From: a bacterium | GTDB taxonomy: Bacteria; UBA8248 | Assembly (NCBI GenBank): GCA_965221165.1 | Contig: CBDCRP010000003.1 | Span: forward strand, 928,001-992,000 | Direction of reading: 5' to 3' | DNA length: 64,000 bases | Shown: in pieces, positions 19,948-28,789 of the stretch | Layout of the letters: each line of letters opens with the position of its first letter | How positions within the stretch are numbered: the first letter of the stretch is position 1 | The notes under the pieces: generated by a model | Seen by the model: the letters and a program-made list of their open reading frames with translations, nothing else | Told to the model about the DNA's origin: nothing | Database searches by the model: none | Position numbers and translations under genes: made by a program

Positions 19948-20501
19948 GTTGCGACACAGATCCATGAGGTGCAGTCGATTTCGGGCTGCTCGCTGAATAC
20001 AACACGTCTTTCTTCTTGAAGGACGGAATAGGCGAGAACCCACCTCAAGAACCTATACCTCGTGGATTGTGTCGCAACCAGCCCGGACTGCGTGTCCGCA
20101 AGGTTGCCGGCCCCGGTGCTGCCCAAAGACTCACAAGTGGTTTTGTTGCGGCCCGTATAGATACACAAGGTAAGAAGGTTAATCGTAGAAAACCGGAAAT
20201 ATGCTGAAAAATCCCTTTTTCTACTCCGGGTTCGCAGCAGCAGGCGCCTTCGGCGTGAGAGGCGGCACGGGTGACGCCGCCATGAGCCTCATCGGCGCTT
20301 ACAAACAGTAGAGCAAGACGCCTTGCCTTGGCTCTTGGGTTTTATATACGACGCCCGGGGAGAAGGCGGACAAATAAAGAAGAGTAAAGGGGGCTGCTCA
20401 TTGGTTGCTTCCCTCGTGATTGAGCAAACTGTACCGCTCCTTGCTTAGAGTTTGAGTCCTCGAGCCGGGAACGGGAACAATGGGCAACCCCCGCTTTTTT
20501 T
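19948..20501 (+). ncRNA. Candidate large structured non-coding RNA (about 550 nt), family unrecognised
   Basis: Promoter upstream; about 22-bp stem 19948-19970/20057-20078; further hairpins; possible pseudoknot; terminal stem 20389-20403/20478-20492 followed by T7; no credible CDS. Confidence 0.55.
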
Positions 20502-20533
20502 ATAACGCGCTTTGGCGACGCCTGGCAATTCCG

Positions 20534-20623
20534 AAAAAGGGGCTATCCCCTCCCCGTTTTTGACTGGAATCAAGAATGTTCGCCGAGAGGTGAATCGGGA
20601 GAGGGGGCGAGCCCTTTTTTTTT
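20534..20623. terminator. Branched, bidirectional terminator-like structure
   Basis: AAAAAGGGGCT..CCCCTCCCCG / CGGGAGAGGGG..AGCCCTTTTTTTTT enclosing two small hairpins. Confidence 0.6.
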
Positions 20624-20699
20624 GCGTAGCGGCGTTTTACTTCTCCCGTTCCCTCCCTTCTCGACCCGAGCAGTACCTCCTTCATCAGTCGGCAATGAC

Positions 20700-20945
20700 C
20701 ACCGCCTTTGATCGTCATTCCGGCGCATGCCGGTGGCAACCGCAAGGTTGACCAGGGGTTAACCTGTTGCCTTTATCCTGCGATATCTTCGGTGCAAATC
20801 TGTCGGGCGGCATATATGCCGCCCCTACGAAACGAATCGCTTCTCTCCCGATCATCCGTAGGTGGCGGTCCCTCCCTTTCCGGTCGGCAAACCCTCCCGC
20901 ATTGGTCGGCAAACCCTCGCTCCTCGCTCGGGTTTGACCCTCCCG
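20700..20945. repeat. REP-like repeat cluster
   Basis: GTCATTCCGGCGCATGCCGGTGGCAACC, GGGCGGCATATATGCCGCCCCTAC, tandem GGTCGGCAAACCCTC. Confidence 0.75.
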
Positions 20946-20989
20946 AATCCGGCTTGGATCCACCAAGAAAACGGGGGCGCATTTCCGCG

Positions 20990-21177
20990 CATTTGGCGTT
21001 ACCGCGCAGGCCCGGGCGTGTGGCAAGGTGTCGCCCGCCGGGCGAAACGCCGGCGCATAAGTGAAAATGTCTGAAAAAAGGGGGAAAAAGGGGGAAATAT
21101 CTGAAAATAAGTGAAAATTTATCTCGTTGATAAATAAGGGGTTTCAGTGATTTCCCCACGTATGGCGGCCTATGGGA
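20990..21177 (+). repeat. Dispersed repeat with 10-bp phased GAAAA tracts, copy 1
   Basis: AAGTGAAAAT GTCTGAAAAA AGGGGGAAAA AGGGGGAAAT ATCTGAAAAT AAGTGAAAAT then TTGATAAATAAGGGGTT; diverged copy at about 50291-50478. Confidence 0.7.
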
Positions 21178-22784
21178 CGCTCCCGGGCCATAAATGTTTT
21201 TTCGGCCATTTTCACGAAAATGTTGACCCGCCAGCGCGCGTCGTCGGCTTCGGGGCAATCCGCCCGGTAGTGCGCGCCCCGGCTCTCGGTTCTGAGCAGC
21301 GCGGCCTCCACCACCGCCTGTGCGCTCAGGCACATGTTCTCCGCCTCGACGGCCTCGAGCAGGCGGGCGGGTGCGCTCCCCCCACACGAAGCCAGAGCGC
21401 CCTGGATATCCCCGAGCGCGCCCCGCGCCTCTTCGAGCGGGCCCTCCTCGCGCACGATGCCCGCCTTCTCCCAGCAGAGCCTCTTGAGCTTGCGGACCAA
21501 GTCCACCGCGCGATTCGGCCTGCCCGCGCGCTCCGAGAGCGCAACCGCGTGGGCCTTCGCGAGCGCAGGACCCGGCGTCGCGCATTCTGAGCTTCGCGCA
21601 AGCTCGCTTGCGGCCTTCCCCGCGCGCCAGCCCAGCGTATGGGCCTCGGTGAAGGCGTTGTTCGAGAGGCGGTTCGCCCCGTGCGCACCCGCGCTCACCT
21701 CGCCCGCCGCGTAGAGGCCCGGCATGGCCGTCGCTCCCTCGCCGTCAATCGGCACCCCGCCCATGAAGAAGTGGGCCTTGGGCGAGACGTAGATATCGCT
21801 GCCGTGGGGCGAAACGCCCCTCCTGGCGAAGAGCTTGAGATTGTCGGGGGCGAAATGCTCCAGATCCTCCACCGAGATGCCGGATAAATCCATCTGCACG
21901 GCGCCATCCACCCCGCCGCCACGCATGAGTTCGAGATAGACCGCCCGCGCCATCAGGTCGCGCGTGGCGTCGCCGCCGCCTGGCACGTCGCGCATGATGT
22001 CCTCCCCGTCCCGGTTCAGGAACCGCGCACCGAGCGGGAACAGCGTGGGCGCCACCACCATGTTGCTCTCGGGCCGCTTGATGACGGCCGGGTAGAACTG
22101 AACGAACTCCATATCGGAGAGCGCAAGGCCCGCCCTCAGCGCCATCGCGAAGCCGTCTCCCGTGATGCCGCCCGCATTCGTGTTCTCCGCAAAAATCTGC
22201 CCCGCGCCGCCCGTGGCCAGTATGGTGGCGCCTGCGCGTATGGCGTACACCTCGCCGCTCCTCGTGTGAAAACCCATGACGCCCCCGCAGACCCCATCAT
22301 CCACGAGCAAATCGACGGTCATGACGTTTTCGAGAATACGGGCGGCGTCTGCGTCGAGTTTCTTGCGCAGCGGCCTCGCCACCTCCACGCCCCAGTTCTT
22401 GATCGGGTAAATTCCGCGGTCTTGTCTGTGGCCGCCCTGGGGGTGTAAGTCGAACGACCCGTCCTCGCGCGTGATGAAGGGAATCCCCCAGTCGTAAAGA
22501 TCGCGTATGCGAGCGGCGGAATCCGCGCACATGGCATGGGCGACGGCGGGGTGATTGAGGCGTGCGCCTCCCTCCAGGGTATCTTCCAGGAACAAAGCCG
22601 CGCTGTCATCGGGCGCGAAATTCGCCGAATGTCCCGCGCGGGCCATGACGATATTGCCCGAACTCCCGGGAGATTGCTTGCAGACCAAAAGCGCGTCCGC
22701 GCCGCTCTCCATCGCGGCGATGGCCGCCGTCATGGCGGCGGGGCCGCCGCCCAGGATCAATACGTCGCAGGAGAGATTCTGCAC
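21144..22784 (-). CDS. FAD-dependent oxidoreductase, L-aspartate oxidase/SdhA-FrdA family
   Basis: LGGGPAA, LATGG, MEFVQFYP, HFFMGG, HGANRLSNN, RTESRGAH. Confidence 0.88.
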   Translation of the reverse strand: MQNLSCDVLILGGGPAAMTAAIAAMESGADALLVCKQSPGSSGNIVMARAGHSANFAPDDSAALFLEDTLEGGARLNHPAVAHAMCADSAARIRDLYDWGIPFITREDGSFDLHPQGGHRQDRGIYPIKNWGVEVARPLRKKLDADAARILENVMTVDLLVDDGVCGGVMGFHTRSGEVYAIRAGATILATGGAGQIFAENTNAGGITGDGFAMALRAGLALSDMEFVQFYPAVIKRPESNMVVAPTLFPLGARFLNRDGEDIMRDVPGGGDATRDLMARAVYLELMRGGGVDGAVQMDLSGISVEDLEHFAPDNLKLFARRGVSPHGSDIYVSPKAHFFMGGVPIDGEGATAMPGLYAAGEVSAGAHGANRLSNNAFTEAHTLGWRAGKAASELARSSECATPGPALAKAHAVALSERAGRPNRAVDLVRKLKRLCWEKAGIVREEGPLEEARGALGDIQGALASCGGSAPARLLEAVEAENMCLSAQAVVEAALLRTESRGAHYRADCPEADDARWRVNIFVKMAEKTFMARERPIGRHTWGNH

Positions 22785-22919
22785 GGAAATACCTAGAACT
22801 TTGAGTGAATTATCGAGAACTTGAAAGACGGGGAGTATTCGTTCACTTTTTCAAGCCCTCGGGGACATGCGGAGAGTAGACGGATAAACCCCAGGTTCAC
22901 GGGCCGCTCAAGCGGTCTT

Positions 22920-25190
22920 TTATTTTCTTGCTTCTTCTATCGCTTCGAGCACGTGCTCGGGACTGACCGGCAGGCTGCGGACTCGCGCGCCGCCCGTTGC
23001 GTGATAGATAGCGTTGCAAATCGCCGCCGTGATCGGGTTTATCGCCACCTCGGCCAACCCCTTGGCGCCATAGGGGCCGTGAGGGTCCATCGATTCAAAG
23101 AAATCATGCTCAATCGGGGGCGCATCCATCGAGGTGGCGATGAGGTAATCGTGAAAATTTTTCCCGCGCAGATGCCCCTCCAGCGGCGCGAGACCTTCCA
23201 TCATCGCGTAGCTCATCCCCTGAACCGCACCACCCTCGACTTGCCCCTCGGCGCCCAACCTGTTGATCACCCGGCCCGGGTCATGACCACAGCAAATCTG
23301 CAAAATGGTGACGACCCCCGTCTCCATATCCACTTCCACCTCGGCGCCGTGGGTGCTGAAAGAATACGTGGTCGAGGGATTTCCGAATTTTTCCTTATCG
23401 AGCACATCTCCCCCGGCCAGCCATTTCCCGTTGCCTTCAATCACGCTTCCCGCCCGCCTGACGACTTCGCCCACCGTCATTTTCCGCTCGGGCAGAGCCT
23501 TCGCCTGGACCTCTCCCTCTACAATTTCGAGTTCATCCGCCGGGATTTCCATGATTTCCGCCGCCGCATCCAACAGATTCCTGCGCGCGTCCTCTGCAGC
23601 GAGCTTCACGGCATTGCCGCCAATCAAGGTGATGCGGCTGGCGAACGCCCCCATGCCGAAGGGCATGTAGCCCGTATCCGTGGGGGGCACCTTGAACCGG
23701 TTTAGCGGAATACCCATGACTTCCGAAGCGATGTAGGCCATCACGCTCGTGGCGCCCTGGCCCAGGTCCGACTCACCCGACCAGATTTCGACTTTTCCTT
23801 CCTCATCCAGCCGAATCACGCCGCTCGAGGGGTCCGTGTCATCCGGCCCGAGTTCCACCGAGAAACCTTTATTTCCCGAAACATGAATGCAACTGGCAAG
23901 ACCTACACCGCGGCCTTTTCCCCCTCGGGCGCGCTTGGCTTTCCAGTCGATCTTATCCACCACGTATTTCGTGGCGTCGGCCACGGCGCAACTCGCGATT
24001 TTCCAGCCGTGAAGCGAAACGTCGCCCTTTTCGGTATAATTCTTAAGACGAAGCTCGGCAGGGTCCATCCCCAGACCATCGGCCACGTTGTCGAGATGAC
24101 TCTCCCAGGCGTAAGTCGCCTGCACGTTTCCGAACCCCCGCATCTGGCCCGAGGGGATGATGTTCGTGTAGACGAGTTTTCCCTGAATCTCCGCGGCAGG
24201 CGTTTTGTAGAGATTGTCCGTCCGCAGCGCAATGGAACTCATGATGGCCGGGGACAGCGAGCTGTAAGCGCCGTTTTCCGCCACGATTTTGACGCGCTTG
24301 CCCGCCAGCGCGCCATCGCTCATCCAGGCGGATTCCAAGGATATGTGCACCGGCATTCTCGGGCGCATGGCGGTTAAATCTTCTTCGAGGCTCATGATGA
24401 ACCTGACGGGCTTTTCCGCCGCGCGGCTCAACATCGCAGCCATGAGAGCCGCTTTCACATCCAGCTTGCCTCCGAAGGCGCCGCCAGGTTTGGTTTGCGT
24501 TACGCGAAAATCATCGGGGGACATGCCCATGACGGGCGCAAGCATGAAAGTGCGAATCAAAAACACCGACTGCAAACAACCCCATAGGGAGATTTTTCCG
24601 TCCCGATGCCACTGCGCAGCGCAACCCGTGGGTTCGATATACGCCTGGTGCGCAAGATGGGTGTGGAACTCATCCGAGAACCTGGCGTCAGCTGCATGAA
24701 ACGCCTCGTCTATCTCGCCGCGTTTGATATGGAACTCATTCGCGATGTTTCCAGCCACGGAATCATGGACGAGAGGCGCATCCGGCGCTTGCGCCCCGAA
24801 AGGGTCCGCAACCGTGGACAAAATTTCATATTCCACGCGAATGAGCGAAAGCGCTTCGCGCGCCGTTTCCTCATCCACCGCCGCCACGGCGGCGACTTCA
24901 TCCCCCACGTAGCGCGCCTTCTCGCGGCAAAACGCGGTTTCATCCTTATGATTGATGCCGAAGGGGGCATTTGGCGTGTTATTCATGGAAAGAACGACGG
25001 CGACGCCCGGCAGGCGCTCCGCATCCGAGGTATCGAGGGTCAAAATCCTCGCGTGGGGATGGGGACTTCGCAGGGCCATGCCTGTGAGAGCGCCCGGAAG
25101 CTCCAAATCATTGATGAATATCGTGGCGCCGGAGACTTTCTCCACGGCGTCGATGATGGGATGAGGCCGGCCGACGACGCGCGTGCTCAT
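22920..25190 (-). CDS. Xanthine dehydrogenase family molybdopterin-binding subunit
   Basis: RSPHPHARI, GGAFGGK, MRGFG, DLGQG, GQVEGG, GAKGLAE; start at MSTRVVG overlapping the upstream stop. Confidence 0.92.
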   Translation of the reverse strand: MSTRVVGRPHPIIDAVEKVSGATIFINDLELPGALTGMALRSPHPHARILTLDTSDAERLPGVAVVLSMNNTPNAPFGINHKDETAFCREKARYVGDEVAAVAAVDEETAREALSLIRVEYEILSTVADPFGAQAPDAPLVHDSVAGNIANEFHIKRGEIDEAFHAADARFSDEFHTHLAHQAYIEPTGCAAQWHRDGKISLWGCLQSVFLIRTFMLAPVMGMSPDDFRVTQTKPGGAFGGKLDVKAALMAAMLSRAAEKPVRFIMSLEEDLTAMRPRMPVHISLESAWMSDGALAGKRVKIVAENGAYSSLSPAIMSSIALRTDNLYKTPAAEIQGKLVYTNIIPSGQMRGFGNVQATYAWESHLDNVADGLGMDPAELRLKNYTEKGDVSLHGWKIASCAVADATKYVVDKIDWKAKRARGGKGRGVGLASCIHVSGNKGFSVELGPDDTDPSSGVIRLDEEGKVEIWSGESDLGQGATSVMAYIASEVMGIPLNRFKVPPTDTGYMPFGMGAFASRITLIGGNAVKLAAEDARRNLLDAAAEIMEIPADELEIVEGEVQAKALPERKMTVGEVVRRAGSVIEGNGKWLAGGDVLDKEKFGNPSTTYSFSTHGAEVEVDMETGVVTILQICCGHDPGRVINRLGAEGQVEGGAVQGMSYAMMEGLAPLEGHLRGKNFHDYLIATSMDAPPIEHDFFESMDPHGPYGAKGLAEVAINPITAAICNAIYHATGGARVRSLPVSPEHVLEAIEEARK

Positions 25191-25684
25191 GAGTCGCCTC
25201 CTTCGTTCATCTGCCGGGCGGCCACGGCGAGCGCTTCGAAAATCTTTTTGTATCCCGTGCAACGGCAAAGATTTCCCGCGAGGCCACGCTGTATATCTTC
25301 ACGCGTAGGCGCGGGATTCTCATCCAGAAGCGCCTTCGCCGCTACCACTATCCCGGGTGTGCAAAAACCGCACTGCACACCTCCTTTTTCGATGATCTGC
25401 TCCTGAATGGGATGGAGGTCGTCTTCTGTTCCGATGCCACGTACGGTGATTATCTCGGAGCCATCGGCCTGCGCGGCGAACACGAGGCAGGCGTTCACCG
25501 CGACGCCATCGAGTAAAATGGCGCACGCACCACAATCACCCCCCTCGCAACTGAGCTTCACTTCCACATACCCAATCCGCCTGAGCGCACGCAGGAGCGT
25601 CTCATCTCCACGCACGGCGAGGGTTTCATCCTTTCCGTTCACGCGTAATTTTATTTCATATCCATTCATCATCTTATCATCCAA
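25187..25684 (-). CDS. Mo-hydroxylase (2Fe-2S) subunit
   Basis: CEGGDCGAC, QCGFCTPG, NLCRCTGY. Confidence 0.93.
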   Translation of the reverse strand: MDDKMMNGYEIKLRVNGKDETLAVRGDETLLRALRRIGYVEVKLSCEGGDCGACAILLDGVAVNACLVFAAQADGSEIITVRGIGTEDDLHPIQEQIIEKGGVQCGFCTPGIVVAAKALLDENPAPTREDIQRGLAGNLCRCTGYKKIFEALAVAARQMNEGGDS

Positions 25685-25700
25685 AATCCAAAGGTTTTCA

Positions 25701-26585
25701 TCACACGACCACGGCCTGCGGCATACCCAACGCTTTTCTTAACAAGCGGCGAACCAGCACACCGCACATTTTCTTGCGGTACGCCGCACTCGCCCGCACG
25801 TCGTCAATCGGTTGCGCGCTATCCTCTGCGGCCGCAGCAGCAGCCTCGATTTCAGCTTCCCCAATTTCCTTTCCGCGCAGAAACACCTCGGCGGCACGCG
25901 CGCGGTACGGGATTGCAGCCACCGCCCCGAGGGCGATGGCGGCCTCCGCGCAGACGTTTCCTTTCATCCGAAGAGCGACCGCCACACTTATGACGGCTAT
26001 CGCCATCGCACGCCTGAGTTGGAGTTTGTAATAAGCGCACCTATCAGCCCCTCCCAGGGGCTCAATGACGATGGCCGTTACGAGTTCTTCCGACCGTACC
26101 GCCGTTTTCCGGTAATCCAAGAAGAATTCGGAAAGCGGCAGGGAGCGTTCACCTTCCACCGAAGCCAATTCAACGACGCCATCTTGCGCCAGCAGAGGTG
26201 GCGCCAAATCGGCGGCGGGCGAGGCATCCATCAGGTTGCCCGCCACGCTCGCCCGGTTTCTCACCAAAGGACCCGCGAACTCGATAGCGCTCTCATACAA
26301 AGGCGGGGCCGCTGCGCGTATCAGTTCCGAATCCAGCAAATCCGTGACCGTCGCCAGCGCACCGATTCTGATTTTCCCGTCCACCTCCTCGATGAAGCGA
26401 AGCTCATCGAGACGGCTGATATCCACTGCGCGCGCAATTTTCTTTCGCCCGAAAAGAACATCCGGCACGAGGTTCGTGCCGCCCGCGACAAAAGCGGCGC
26501 CATCGCGCGCAGCCGCCAGCGCCTCATCCACCGATGTAGCGCGAAAAAATTCCATTCTCCGCCCCAAAAATTTCCGTTTCGCCAA
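25701..26585 (-). CDS. Mo-hydroxylase FAD-binding subunit
   Basis: AGGTNL, VRNRASVAGN, ASPAAD, IDDVRASAAYR. Confidence 0.92.
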   Translation of the reverse strand: MAKRKFLGRRMEFFRATSVDEALAAARDGAAFVAGGTNLVPDVLFGRKKIARAVDISRLDELRFIEEVDGKIRIGALATVTDLLDSELIRAAAPPLYESAIEFAGPLVRNRASVAGNLMDASPAADLAPPLLAQDGVVELASVEGERSLPLSEFFLDYRKTAVRSEELVTAIVIEPLGGADRCAYYKLQLRRAMAIAVISVAVALRMKGNVCAEAAIALGAVAAIPYRARAAEVFLRGKEIGEAEIEAAAAAAEDSAQPIDDVRASAAYRKKMCGVLVRRLLRKALGMPQAVVV

Positions 26586-26617
26586 GTGCCAAGCCTATGC
26601 CTGAAACTATTCACGAA

Positions 26618-27415
26618 TCACGGTCTGATGTCGGATTCAATCTGCATTCCCGTCGCCAGAGAGTTAAAGCTGTTGTAGTGGTCCACCACCCCAAAAATCT
26701 CCAGGATTCGCCCCGGGTCCCAACCCATTTTTACCAAATTGGCATGAAAATACCGTATAAAATATTTAGATCCGTTCGTGGCGCTCACCCCCAAACCTAC
26801 CGCCGCCTTGGCCTGTTTTTCGAGAACGCCTCCATCGAGCAAGAGTTTGTGTTTGTTCCACGTCGATTCGAAATAATGGCGGTTTCGGGCCAAGCAGCGC
26901 CAATAGCGCGGGACTCCATCTTCGCCCAGGCGCGCCGATTCCATCTTCTCCACTTCGCCCATCAGATCCCGAACCGCCGGCTCGACCTCCGAGTCTTCCG
27001 GATAAGGCAGAAGGGGCGAAGCGTCCTCATCTTCCAATAGAAGACCGAAAGCGACCTTGTTCATCCCCGAGACATGATCCGTCAAGCCAACCAATTCCGT
27101 GATCCCCACCTCATCGACTCCCATCCGCATGACCGCGGCGATGTGGGAGTCGATTCAGTATTCACACGCATTGACGATGGAGACCGCCGAGGCGACCATC
27201 TCCTTCACCAAAGGAGGCACATCTCCGCGCTGCATCGTGGCCCGCGAGCGTTCCCAACTCGCTTTCATGTAATCGGGGTGATGGGTCATGGAGCGCCAGA
27301 CGTTCGAGAGCGTATCGATACCGAAAACGCGTTTTTCACGCGTCTTGATGCGCTCGACGAGATCGCGCGCTGCCTCAGGCACCTCATCATCGGCCAACTG
27401 GCGAATCGTCGGCAT
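26618..27415 (-). CDS. AhpD/CMD-family selenoprotein (in-frame TGA at 27157-27155 read as Sec), 265 aa
   Basis: Two track ORFs are in frame across TGA giving VNACEY-U-IDSH (AhpD CxxC motif); hairpin follows immediately. Confidence 0.85.
27113..27154 (-). promoter_or_regulatory. Bacterial SECIS-like hairpin
   Basis: After TGA: ATCGACTCCCA catcg CCGC ggtcat GCGG a TGGGAGTCGAT; G-initiated apical loop 20 nt from UGA. Confidence 0.75.
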
Positions 27416-27486
27416 AAACTCCTCAACTCCCCAGGCCCAAGAACGCCGCCTCAACCCAGGCGGCGCTCCCGAACCCGGCTAAGAAA

Positions 27487-28695
27487 CTATCTTGGATACC
27501 TGAACTTCGCGTTCGCCACGCTCTTTGGTCCCACCGTCCGGCGCTTTCCGTCCTGCACCTGGAACAAAACGATGGCGCTCGCCGCGTTCATGTTGCGCTT
27601 GTCGAACTTCACGGGGCCGAAGAAAGTCTGCAAGTCGATGTTCGCAATCGCGTCGCGAACCTTCTTCTTATCCAGCGTTCCCGCCGTCTCGATGGCCTTC
27701 TGGGCGACGATGCCCGCAGCCGTCGATGCCGCGGCGACGTAGTCCGGCTCCTGCTTGAACTTGCCGCGCCAGATTTTCCCAAAGTCCCGCGCCGTGCCGA
27801 TGAAGCCGCCCTTGTAATCGAGCGCCTCGCCCCACCAGGCGGCGGTCAGGATGTTGTTGGCCGTGCCTCCGAGAGATTCCGTGAACTGGGCGTAGACCGG
27901 ACCCACCATGGTGAACAGGATTTTGGGCTTCACTCCCAACTCGTTCGCCTGCTTGGTGGCGAGGAGGGTGTCGGGAAGATAGCCGGCCACCATGAGCACG
28001 TCGGGATTCTTGCCCTTCACGATCGTGAGCCAGGTGGACATGTCCTTGGAATCTTTCGGGAATTCGGCGTAGTAAACGTCCGTGAAACCTTGCTTTTTCG
28101 CCGCTTTTCTGATCATCCTCGTGACGGCGCGCGGGAAGAAGTCGTTGCGCGTCACGAACGCTATGGTCTTCGGCATAGGCTTCTGCTCTTTCAGGAGCGT
28201 AAGGAAGTTGTTCGGCAAATACGCATTCGGCGCCAGGAGGCCGAAGAGGTATTTGTAGCCCTGGTCGAAAATCGGCTCGGAACTCGCCACAGGCGCGATG
28301 AGGGGAACCTGATAGCGCTCCGTAATCGCGGCGACGGATTTCGTCGCTCCGCTTCCGAACGGGCCCAGCAGGAGGTCCACCTTTTCCTTGGTGATGAGCC
28401 GCTCGGCGAGCTTGGTGGCAGTCGGCGTCTTGCTCTCATAATCGTAGTAGACGATTTTCACCTTCATCTTCTTGCCGCCTACGTTGATGCCGCCCGCCTT
28501 GTTCACGCGCTCGCGCCAGATTTCATAGCCCGCCTGCTGCTTTTTCCCCTCGGTTGCGAGCGGACCCGTGAGCGGCAAGGCCGCGCCGAACTTGACCTCC
28601 GCGGCCTCGGCTCCATCCAGACCCTGAAGTCCTGTTACGCCGAAAGCAAAAAACAAAACCACTGCGATGAAAAACAACAAATTCCGATTCTTCAT
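27487..28695 (-). CDS. Branched-chain amino acid-type ABC substrate-binding protein
   Basis: Signal peptide, PLTGPLA..G, INVGGK, LLGPFGSG. Confidence 0.9.
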   Translation of the reverse strand: MKNRNLLFFIAVVLFFAFGVTGLQGLDGAEAAEVKFGAALPLTGPLATEGKKQQAGYEIWRERVNKAGGINVGGKKMKVKIVYYDYESKTPTATKLAERLITKEKVDLLLGPFGSGATKSVAAITERYQVPLIAPVASSEPIFDQGYKYLFGLLAPNAYLPNNFLTLLKEQKPMPKTIAFVTRNDFFPRAVTRMIRKAAKKQGFTDVYYAEFPKDSKDMSTWLTIVKGKNPDVLMVAGYLPDTLLATKQANELGVKPKILFTMVGPVYAQFTESLGGTANNILTAAWWGEALDYKGGFIGTARDFGKIWRGKFKQEPDYVAAASTAAGIVAQKAIETAGTLDKKKVRDAIANIDLQTFFGPVKFDKRNMNAASAIVLFQVQDGKRRTVGPKSVANAKFRYPR

Positions 28696-28789
28696 GATCT
28701 GCCTCCTCATTAGGTGAGCGCTACCCTTTGGTTCTCGATTTTTCACGATTCTCGCACATCCTCATTCCAGAAACACATATAAAAACAGG

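Noticed and set aside
19755-20207. Track ORFs of 137, 70 and 63 aa
   Set aside because: No motifs and atypical composition; better explained as non-coding sequence
20201-20311. 36-aa ORF MLKNPFFYSG.. inside the structured locus
   Set aside because: Weak RBS, no recognisable motif, and it overlaps predicted stems; not fully excluded
19948-20501. RNase P, tmRNA, SRP RNA or group II intron
   Set aside because: By eye, no GAGGAAAGTCC, tRNA-like ends or tag frame, GGAAGGAAGCAG loop or domain V on either strand; Rfam confirmation still needed
21144-25190. Gene symbols nadB, sdhA, xdhA, coxL or hcrA
   Set aside because: Only family-level motifs; no nadA/nadC or sdhB neighbours, no CoxL AYxCSFR motif
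26618-27454. Two separate small CMD genes or a nonsense pseudogene
   Set aside because: TGA falls at the catalytic Cys position and is followed by a SECIS-like hairpin
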